A program made the position numbers and the translations under genes. 64,000 nucleotides of DNA, from positions 87,871 through 151,870 of the forward strand of contig NVUR01000001.1 in the NCBI GenBank assembly GCA_002401965.1, given 5' to 3'. The notes beneath the pieces were generated by a model that saw only the letters and a program-made list of their open reading frames with translations, searched no databases and was not told where the DNA came from. Shown in pieces: positions 9,875 to 18,098 of the stretch. This DNA comes from Alphaproteobacteria bacterium. GTDB lineage: Bacteria > Pseudomonadota > Alphaproteobacteria > Micavibrionales > Micavibrionaceae. Within the stretch, counting starts at the first letter, position 1. Each line of letters opens with the position of its first letter.

Positions 9875-12800
9875 CTAACGCCCGCCACCCATTGCATTTT
9901 GGTTAGATTCAAACGTAAGATCATCCATAGGCACAGCGTCAGGATCATAAGGCCGTCCATCATTTATATCATATATATTATTTTTTATATCCGCATCACT
10001 GTCATTTTCTTGCTGATCAGGTTTATCCCTGAAAAACTTACCAATCAGAGGAATACGGCTCATAACGCTGCCACTCTTATTATTAAACTCCGACTGTCTG
10101 TCAGACTGGGAATTATCACGCGGCCCCATATTTTCATAACGTGAACTCTCATTATAACGCAAACCAACACCATTTGCATATGCCTGCTGATTCACCTGCG
10201 TTGTCATGTCACGTCCATAAACAGCCTTAAGACCATTGGTAATACCTATGCTATCTTGCCCATTTGGAACAATGCCCGACATCTGGACATACCCACCTTC
10301 TGCGCCTTGAATAATACGTCCGCCAGGCACACGTTCAATCACACGCAACAAATCATCCAGACGTCTACTACCTTGTGCAGGTGCGGTATTCTCCGCCATA
10401 TCGACTGCACCACCCGCTCTTTGTTCTGATAATGGCTTAATAAAATCCGTTTCATAATCAACAAAGCGATATTCAACACCACTGCCACTACGCATCGCGA
10501 CAACTGCGTCAAAATCATTGTGACGTATACCAAATGCCTCCAGCTCCAAGAATACAAAGCGTGACCGTCCATCCTGTAACCCAATAGCATCAGCAAAAAA
10601 AGTATCTAACGGATGCTGGCTATTACGCGTGGCACGTTCCATAAGATCTGGTCTGTCATTCGCCAAATCAAGTTCATCAAGAAGAAAGTTCGCCTTATCC
10701 TCATCCAAAAGACGTAAATCTCTGAAAGATTCCGGTGTCGGGTGAACTTCCGCTCTGGTATTAAAGACCTGCGTTACTGGTTCAGACTGCTCCACACTGG
10801 CTTGTGGGCGTGGCTCTAAACAAAGAACCCGATCAATTACATTTTCAACACCCTCTTGCGTTGGATTTCTCCAATTATAATTATCAAGCAATGCTTTTAG
10901 GTGATCTGGGTTATCCAACGATCTGGTATTCAGGTAATCTTCTAACTCCAACACCTTAAACGTATCATTGGATGGATCATTATCCATCGGCCCATCACTC
11001 TTCACACGGATAAGTGCGAATACTGAATCGCTGCCCTCTTCTTTGTAAAAGACAGGTACATCGCACGGAATACGATCTTTATTATGCGCCATATATTGAT
11101 CACGCAGCGGATCACTCTCTATTACCGGCTCAACCTTTGCAGCCACCACAGCAACAGCAGGGGCAACCACTATCGGCTGCGGAACCCATTGGGCAAGATT
11201 GGGCGTCAATTGCCCCCAAAGCAAAGCCTGATCGAGAACAGTAATATTTTGCGTTGAGCCATCCGCCGTAGACACAAAATCCTGATCCAATTCCAACATT
11301 TTTGCCGAGAACATATCAATATCATCTTGCGGCACGCCCTTATCATGCATGTACGTTAAAATCACATCCATATTTTCAGATGAAAGTGGCGTTTTCGCAA
11401 TATCAGCTAAATTCTCTTCGGTAATTTCAGTTCCCGCCTCTACCAACTCATGTATATTGGCGCGAATCCAAACCTCTTCCAAAATACCGCATGTTTCTTT
11501 ATTCAAAGTATCAGTGAAGGTGTCTGTACCACTATCATCATGCATAAGCGCAGGATTCACCGCAGATATACCCAGCAAATCCGCATTATTATAAAGAACA
11601 TTTTGAATTTCTGCCACACGACCACGTGAATAACGCTCTGGATCTTGTTCAAAATCTTCTGTGCTACGTTCAAATTCTATTTCTACACGTTGTTCACCTG
11701 CCGCAATAACCTCTGCATCAACCGCAGGCAACGTCGCTTTATAAGCCGGCGCAGATGCCACCACCGCCGCCAGTTCTGGACGCTGTGTAATAACATTATC
11801 CAACGTATTTCCGACATCTGCCACACGTTCCTGAATATCAATATTCAGGCCATTGCCGTTTTTATATTCTTCGCCAATATCAGCCAATCTATCAACAAAA
11901 GCGGCTCTTGCATCTGCAAGATTACCCGCGCTCGCCGCATGATCCATCGCATTTTCTAACGCCGCCTTGATTTGACCAGCATCCGCACTGCCCAGCACAA
12001 GCTTCATCGCAGTACTGGGAACAAAACCATCCATTTTATCCATAAAGTCTGCTTTTGAGCGCGCCATAATTTTGGCAAAATCAGCATCAGGGTCAAGACC
12101 TTCAGCCTTCGCTATTTTATTAAAGGAATCTTCAAATTTATCACCAACAACATCAACCGCATTTTCCAATGCCGCCTTATCATCCTTATCGCCCCAAATA
12201 CGATTAATATTAATCCCAAACATGGAAAGTATACCACCCACCATTTTACCAAAATCACTATTGGTGAAGAAATCTTTCAACGCATCCTTAAAACCAGGTG
12301 CAAAATTATCCATGGCAGACGCAAGACCATCCAATATCATATTCATCTTGGTTGTTGATTTTGCCTTTTCATCATTCAACAAATCATTTTCTTTCAACAC
12401 ATCTAAACTGTGAAAAAGAACATTTAATTTATCCGTTTCTGCCTGCAAAGCATCATATTCTGCTTTTTGTTGATTATATGCTGTCAAAGCTGTTGCATGG
12501 GCGGTTTGCTGCGCGGCATCCGCATTCGCGGCCAATGGCTGAATTTCTGTTGGTGGCGGTGCCATCAATGCCTTCGCCTGTGCAGGTGTCACCTTTTCAA
12601 TTTCCAACTGCTCGCGCAGCATAGAAAAATCATCTTTGGTTAAAACCGCAAATTTCAGCTGTCGACCAATTGTTTCGGTATATAATCCATTTGGGTTTTT
12701 CTCACCATTCAGCGTCTTAAGCAACATAATGGCCTTCGCCGCCATATCCTGAGAATTCTCACCAAACACACCATCCGTCAAATCGTCTTCCGTCAATGGC

Positions 12801-13954
12801 GTCACAACCGAGCTTGTAAGGTTTTTCCCGATACCACCAAGTTTACCAGTTATGTCATCAAGCTGATCGCCCAATGTAAATAAAGCCGCCTCAACCGTAA
12901 AAATCGCACCATTTATCTCAGCTTGCTTCAACGCATCGGCGCGATCTTGTTCCTGTGTCTCTGTTCTTTCAACAACAGGAGCAGAAGCAACAACAGTAGA
13001 AGCCGCGTTAACAACAGCAGGATTTCCACCCACAACTTTCGGGGATTCTGCAACAAGAGTGGATGCGACATCATTCACTGGAACATCTACAGGAACCTCC
13101 ACAGAAATTTCTTTCATGGCGACAACACTCAATGCATTTTTGTCACGCAAAAATTGAATATCATCAAATAATTGCGGCACAGCAGCAAGACTATCTTCCA
13201 ACTCCGCAACATCACCAGCTGTAAATTTTGGATCACTTTTCGCAGCGACAATATCACTTGATAATTTCAGTGAAATTGCACTCTGCAACATAAAATCATT
13301 AAGCATACTCTTAGAAAATACAGTCGCTTCAGCGGCCTCATCCTTCAAATAATCCATTGTCTTTTCATAGGACGCGAATGATTGTGCATCAAAAACACCA
13401 TCCACAGTGCCAGGAGCAGACAAATTCGCGTTGGGATCATCCGCATTTACAGTCGCAACAATATTAACCAATGCCTTTTCAATACGCATAACACGCATCT
13501 GCACATCCGCAGGAATTGCATCAACAGGAACCATCTTCGTCACGGTCTGCGTTTGTGCAGGGGACGCCGCCTGTTTCATCTGTGCATCAACCTGATTCAG
13601 AATGGATATATTCCCCCCCGCATCATTGATTAAGCCCAGCACCGTTTCCGCATTTACATTTCCATCCGAATTATCCGCCAACATTTGCGCCAGAACATCT
13701 TTATCGGTAATGGGTCGCAAGGGAATTGCAGGTTGCACGATAGAGCCATCGGCAATGCCCGCTGTCAATGTTCGTTGTGCCGCTTCCAACGCTGTATCAA
13801 GATGTGATTTCAGCTGCGCGCCAGCCTCTGGCGTATAAACAAAATCAGGCTGTATCACGCCACCCAAAGCAACAGAGAGACCAGCGAATTCGCTCTTGAC
13901 CTCATTCAAATCGTCTTGTGTTAATTCTAATGTTTTGGAAACGGTATCTACCAT
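9875..13954 (-). CDS. Giant acidic hypothetical protein (1359 aa), with no signal peptide or TM segment seen
   Basis: Uninterrupted 4.08-kb ORF. I recognise no domain. It is D/E-rich throughout, and its stop codon directly abuts the tag stop. Confidence 0.8.
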   Translation of the reverse strand: MVDTVSKTLELTQDDLNEVKSEFAGLSVALGGVIQPDFVYTPEAGAQLKSHLDTALEAAQRTLTAGIADGSIVQPAIPLRPITDKDVLAQMLADNSDGNVNAETVLGLINDAGGNISILNQVDAQMKQAASPAQTQTVTKMVPVDAIPADVQMRVMRIEKALVNIVATVNADDPNANLSAPGTVDGVFDAQSFASYEKTMDYLKDEAAEATVFSKSMLNDFMLQSAISLKLSSDIVAAKSDPKFTAGDVAELEDSLAAVPQLFDDIQFLRDKNALSVVAMKEISVEVPVDVPVNDVASTLVAESPKVVGGNPAVVNAASTVVASAPVVERTETQEQDRADALKQAEINGAIFTVEAALFTLGDQLDDITGKLGGIGKNLTSSVVTPLTEDDLTDGVFGENSQDMAAKAIMLLKTLNGEKNPNGLYTETIGRQLKFAVLTKDDFSMLREQLEIEKVTPAQAKALMAPPPTEIQPLAANADAAQQTAHATALTAYNQQKAEYDALQAETDKLNVLFHSLDVLKENDLLNDEKAKSTTKMNMILDGLASAMDNFAPGFKDALKDFFTNSDFGKMVGGILSMFGININRIWGDKDDKAALENAVDVVGDKFEDSFNKIAKAEGLDPDADFAKIMARSKADFMDKMDGFVPSTAMKLVLGSADAGQIKAALENAMDHAASAGNLADARAAFVDRLADIGEEYKNGNGLNIDIQERVADVGNTLDNVITQRPELAAVVASAPAYKATLPAVDAEVIAAGEQRVEIEFERSTEDFEQDPERYSRGRVAEIQNVLYNNADLLGISAVNPALMHDDSGTDTFTDTLNKETCGILEEVWIRANIHELVEAGTEITEENLADIAKTPLSSENMDVILTYMHDKGVPQDDIDMFSAKMLELDQDFVSTADGSTQNITVLDQALLWGQLTPNLAQWVPQPIVVAPAVAVVAAKVEPVIESDPLRDQYMAHNKDRIPCDVPVFYKEEGSDSVFALIRVKSDGPMDNDPSNDTFKVLELEDYLNTRSLDNPDHLKALLDNYNWRNPTQEGVENVIDRVLCLEPRPQASVEQSEPVTQVFNTRAEVHPTPESFRDLRLLDEDKANFLLDELDLANDRPDLMERATRNSQHPLDTFFADAIGLQDGRSRFVFLELEAFGIRHNDFDAVVAMRSGSGVEYRFVDYETDFIKPLSEQRAGGAVDMAENTAPAQGSRRLDDLLRVIERVPGGRIIQGAEGGYVQMSGIVPNGQDSIGITNGLKAVYGRDMTTQVNQQAYANGVGLRYNESSRYENMGPRDNSQSDRQSEFNNKSGSVMSRIPLIGKFFRDKPDQQENDSDADIKNNIYDINDGRPYDPDAVPMDDLTFESNQNAMGGGR

Positions 13955-14151
13955 TATTCACCCTTTATACGTCGAGACCTTCGTCTCTTCTCAATCACCA
14001 TCTTCGACCTGTAAAAACGCTTTATTTTGTTTATATTTTAGCGCTGTTTTCACGGCTTTTTTTACGAAGTTAGGCTCATTCTTACATATTTAGAGGATTT
14101 TTACAAATTTAATTTGCATATATGTGTGCGACTATATGTGAGACGATAAAA

Positions 14152-15213
14152 TTACAGCTTTTCAACAATGCGCGCCTGTTCAAAATAATCAATATAATCT
14201 TGAACGGTTTGGTTCTTTGTGAACTCCTGTAAGTACCTGTTATAGCCACATCCAACCATTTTATCACGTAAATCATGATCCGATATAACACGTGCAATTG
14301 ATGCGCTCATCGCCGCGACATCATCAATTGGCGTCACTAGACCGTCCTCCTCATGGCGAACAAATTGCCGCGGGCCAGCAGAATCGGTCGTAATTAATGG
14401 TGTGTTTTGCGCCCATGCCTGCACAAAAACGGTGCCAAATGGCTCATAACGTGAAGGGAACACACAGATATCTGCCGCATCAAACAATGCCGCGCGATCA
14501 TCGCGCCACCCAAGCAACTTTACACGATCCTCCACCTTCAAATCACAGATCAACCCTTCCAGATCCGCGCGATCCGGTCCCTCGCCTGCGATCCAGAGAT
14601 ACACATCAGGCAACACAGCAACTGCACGAATAAGAGTGTCGAAAGCCTTGCTACTATGTAGCCTCCCGAGACTCAAACATAATTTAACATTCTTCGGAAC
14701 ACCATACTCACTGCGATCTATCGCAGTTTCAAAAGTTTCCGTTTCTGCAAAATTATTAATATGGCGCACCCTATCATCCGCAACACCACAATCCTCAACC
14801 AGATACCTCTTTAGATCTGGTGTAATAACTGCAAAATAATCCGTATTTTTGAAATTCTTGATTTTGTAATACCCACCCAGCCGAGACACAACCAGATAAG
14901 GCGGAATATTCATAGACGCCTTCCAACGCGTTACCTTTTGCGATGCTCGTGACATCCAACTCTGTACGATATCAGGCTTAAACTGCTGCACAATCCTACG
15001 CAAAGCAAAAGGCGTATAGACATCAACAGCCCCACCAAAGGGCAATGTATGTACGGTGATACCTGCCGCCCTTAACCGTGGAACGCGCCCTTCATTCGCG
15101 CGCGTTACCACCTCAATCACTTGACCGACATCATGCATCGCGATGCACATATCAACAAATGCCGTTTCTGCGCCTCCATGTGGCGCACCCGCTAAAACTT
15201 GGAGAACTTTCAT
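14152..15213 (-). CDS. Glycosyltransferase family 4 (GT-B fold)
   Basis: MKVLQVLAGAPHGGAE N-terminus and the C-terminal motif FPSRYEPFGTVFVQAWAQNTPLITTDSAGPRQFVRHEEDG are typical of GT4/RfaB-like enzymes. Confidence 0.85.
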   Translation of the reverse strand: MKVLQVLAGAPHGGAETAFVDMCIAMHDVGQVIEVVTRANEGRVPRLRAAGITVHTLPFGGAVDVYTPFALRRIVQQFKPDIVQSWMSRASQKVTRWKASMNIPPYLVVSRLGGYYKIKNFKNTDYFAVITPDLKRYLVEDCGVADDRVRHINNFAETETFETAIDRSEYGVPKNVKLCLSLGRLHSSKAFDTLIRAVAVLPDVYLWIAGEGPDRADLEGLICDLKVEDRVKLLGWRDDRAALFDAADICVFPSRYEPFGTVFVQAWAQNTPLITTDSAGPRQFVRHEEDGLVTPIDDVAAMSASIARVISDHDLRDKMVGCGYNRYLQEFTKNQTVQDYIDYFEQARIVEKL

Positions 15214-15240
15214 GGCGTTTACAATACCAGCATAAATGAA

Positions 15241-15852
15241 TTACTTCTGCGTTGCCCGCAATACATTAGCATAACTCAATAATGTCATTTTAAGTAAATG
15301 CCTCATACTCTCTTGCGTTTGATCCATCTGACTCATCATAAACTCACAGGCCTCGGGCGTTGTTACCGGCGCAGTTTCAAAACGTGAAGAATTAACAGCA
15401 CGCACCTCATCCACCAATTTAAAAAGCACATTAACATCTTTCTGCGGCATATAATTCTGCGCCAAAGCCATATTTGTTACACCTGCAAGCGAATCCTTCA
15501 TCGTCCCACCAACAGATTCATCCCATCGCTTAAACCTATCTTGAAGATCCTTCGCCATATCTTTATTATTATCCACACATGCCTGTACAGCACCACCAAC
15601 ATCCTTACTCACCGCCTTAACCATACTATACATCGTATAATTCTTATACATAGTGAGGAAATGGGTCGCTTCATCCTGAGATAAAGTCGGCATAATATTT
15701 GTAACAATCCCCTTTAAGGCATCACTTTGAGCCTTATGCAACGCCTCTGATGTTGTCTCTGTTCTGGGGGCTACCTCTTCGGCTCTCACCTCAGTCAAAC
15801 ACCCAAATGATATTGCGAAAAGAGATAAAAGTGCTGTAACACGTAATAACAT
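15241..15852 (-). CDS. Secreted hypothetical protein (203 aa)
   Basis: N-terminal signal peptide MLLRVTALLSLFAISFGCLTEVRA followed by a helical, polar body. It lies 27 nt upstream of the glycosyltransferase. Confidence 0.6.
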   Translation of the reverse strand: MLLRVTALLSLFAISFGCLTEVRAEEVAPRTETTSEALHKAQSDALKGIVTNIMPTLSQDEATHFLTMYKNYTMYSMVKAVSKDVGGAVQACVDNNKDMAKDLQDRFKRWDESVGGTMKDSLAGVTNMALAQNYMPQKDVNVLFKLVDEVRAVNSSRFETAPVTTPEACEFMMSQMDQTQESMRHLLKMTLLSYANVLRATQK

Positions 15853-16098
15853 TGTCGAACCTTTTGTTTCATATATTATAGATCACAATCATAGTATCGC
15901 GATAAAAGTAATATAGCAAAAAGAATCCACCCAAACACAAGGCCATGTACAATAATATCACATTAAATTAACAATAAATACATCGTCACACACCTTAAAA
16001 CAACACGCCCCCTCTGTTTTGAACTTGATTTACAACGATTTTTCAGGCTTTTTATAATATCATATAATGACACTTCTTTTTCGGATATATATCAAACC

Positions 16099-17256
16099 AT
16101 GACTGACACGATGAAAATTTCCAACCGATCCGATATCACCACCTTCCGCGCACTAGATATTTTACGTCAGGTGAATGAACGCGAAACACAGGGCATCAAC
16201 ATCGCACGCATGGGCGCAGGGCAACCAAATGTCGGCGCACCGCAAGAGGCTCTGGACTACGCCATTTCCAAAATACAATCCGACCCCCGCCAAGGCTATA
16301 CCGAGGCCATCGGCATGCCCGCCTTAAGAGAGCGCATCGCCCAATATTACAAAACATATTACGATACAGATGTCAGTGCCGATAACATCATCATCAGTGC
16401 AGGATCATCAGGTGCTTTCATCATCAGCCTCCTCGCCGCCTTTGATGCAGGAAATCGCGTGGCTCTGACAACGCCAACATATCCCGCCTATCGCAACATG
16501 CTAAAAGCACTCAATCTCAAGACCATAGAAATTGAGTCCAGAGCCGAGGACAACTACCAACCCACCGTCGAGTTACTGGAAAACTGCGGTCAAACATTTG
16601 ACGGTCTCATCATCAACTCCCCCTCAAACCCATCAGGCACAATGATTGATGAAACAGAACTGGAAAAAATATGCAACTGGTGTGACGCGAAAAACATCAG
16701 ACTGTTTTCCGATGAGGCCTACCACGGTATTACCTATGGCGCGAAAGCCCAAACGGCGCGCAAATATTCAAAAAATGCCATTGTTTTAAACACATTCTCT
16801 AAATATTTTGCCATGACAGGCTGGCGATTGGGATGGAGTATTATTCCCGATAATATGACCGAAAATGCAAAAAAACTCTCCGAAAGCCTGTTCGTCTCCG
16901 CGCCAACAATATCCCAACATCTGGCGTATAAAATATTCGATCACCTTGATGTTCTAGATGGCTATGTCGAAAATTATCGCAAAAACCGCGAGATCCTGAT
17001 GAATGAGCTGCCTAAAGCAGGTATCACAGACATCACAAACGCCGCAGGCGCGTTCTATGTCTACGCCAATGTTCACCATTTAAGCAATGACAGCGAAGCC
17101 TTCTGCTCTAAAATGCTAAGTGAGGCAAAAGTCTCGACCACGCCGGGCATAGACTTCGATTTAACGCGCGGACACGGCAATATTCGCATTTGCTACGCCG
17201 ATAGTCAGGAAAATATTATTGAGGCTTGCAAGCGTTTAAAAAACTGGCAATCATAG
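16099..17256 (+). CDS. Class I/II pyridoxal-phosphate aminotransferase (aspartate/aromatic type)
   Basis: NSPSNPSGT and FSKYFAMTGWRLGW (PLP-lysine region) motifs; 385 aa. Confidence 0.9.
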   Translation: MTDTMKISNRSDITTFRALDILRQVNERETQGINIARMGAGQPNVGAPQEALDYAISKIQSDPRQGYTEAIGMPALRERIAQYYKTYYDTDVSADNIIISAGSSGAFIISLLAAFDAGNRVALTTPTYPAYRNMLKALNLKTIEIESRAEDNYQPTVELLENCGQTFDGLIINSPSNPSGTMIDETELEKICNWCDAKNIRLFSDEAYHGITYGAKAQTARKYSKNAIVLNTFSKYFAMTGWRLGWSIIPDNMTENAKKLSESLFVSAPTISQHLAYKIFDHLDVLDGYVENYRKNREILMNELPKAGITDITNAAGAFYVYANVHHLSNDSEAFCSKMLSEAKVSTTPGIDFDLTRGHGNIRICYADSQENIIEACKRLKNWQS

Positions 17257-17260
17257 ACGC

Positions 17261-17980
17261 ATGAAAGATGCTCTTCGAAATCAAAGCGGAAACGCCCTGT
17301 GGTTTATATTACTGGCCGTTGCCCTGCTTGCATTTCTAACTGGCGTTATCAGCCGAAACAGCTCCTCCGTCGATCAAGCAGGCAGTGTCGAGCGCGCACG
17401 CATAAAAGCATCCTCCATACTTAACTACGCCAAATCAGTCGAAGCAACCGTACAACAAATGCTGTTAAGCGGGGTCAGTGAAAATGACCTCGATTTTATT
17501 GAAATCAGCGCCGCACACGACAACACCAACTGCACCAGCACAGAATGTGAAATCTTTCATGTTGGCGGCGGCGGTATCGCATATAGAACCCCCGCGGCAC
17601 TCTTAAGTGACAACACACATACAGATATTTGGCATGTCTCTACAGAAAACCGTGTCTATCTATCAGGGTGCGAAGACGCCAATAATCGCTGTACAGAATT
17701 ACTCCTGATCGCAACAAACATTCCTCAATCCATTTGCCTGCAAATCAATAAAATTCAAGGCATTACAAACACCGGCGGCGACGCACCACAAATACAAGAT
17801 ATCCTTGAAGGAACAGCCTTTACAGGCACGTACAGCACGACGGTAAATACAATTTCCATTGGCGGCGTAAACGCCACAAACGAAGCCCCAGAAGCTCAGG
17901 GAAAAGCCGCGGGCTGTGTCTATGAATTTGGATCAGGTCAGAATATTTACACGTTCTATCAAGTGCTTATTCCGCGATAG
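17261..17980 (+). CDS. Hypothetical exported protein with a pilin-like N-terminal hydrophobic segment
   Basis: N-terminus RNQSG/NALWFILLAVALLAFLTGV resembles a prepilin leader plus hydrophobic helix but lacks the Glu at +5. The body is Cys-containing and Thr/Gly-rich. It starts 4 nt after the aminotransferase stop. Confidence 0.5.
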   Translation: MKDALRNQSGNALWFILLAVALLAFLTGVISRNSSSVDQAGSVERARIKASSILNYAKSVEATVQQMLLSGVSENDLDFIEISAAHDNTNCTSTECEIFHVGGGGIAYRTPAALLSDNTHTDIWHVSTENRVYLSGCEDANNRCTELLLIATNIPQSICLQINKIQGITNTGGDAPQIQDILEGTAFTGTYSTTVNTISIGGVNATNEAPEAQGKAAGCVYEFGSGQNIYTFYQVLIPR

Positions 17981-18021
17981 ATAACCCCTATCCTGCCCCC
18001 ACACAATTAAAATAATCCGCA

Positions 18022-18049
18022 TAAAAAAAGCGGGCTTAATAAAGCCCAC
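18022..18049 (-). terminator. Rho-independent terminator downstream of rne
   Basis: GGGCTT-aata-AAGCCC hairpin (18032..18047) with an A7 run at 18023..18029, which is a U-tail on the minus strand. It sits in the convergent gap between the pilin-like gene and rne. Confidence 0.6.
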
Positions 18050-18098
18050 TCTTAAATACTTATACGAAAAATCTCTGTGAAAAACAGAGTGGAATATA

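Noticed and set aside
14043-14063. A plus-strand terminator-like GCTG-ttttca-CGGC hairpin followed by T7, upstream of the 1359-aa gene.
   Set aside because: The stem is only 4 bp including a G-T pair, no plus-strand gene is upstream to terminate, and the T-run is ordinary for this AT-rich promoter region.
15569-15577. A perfect DnaA-box consensus, TTATCCACA.
   Set aside because: It is a single copy inside a coding region, with no cluster of boxes or AT-rich unwinding element. There is no evidence for an origin.
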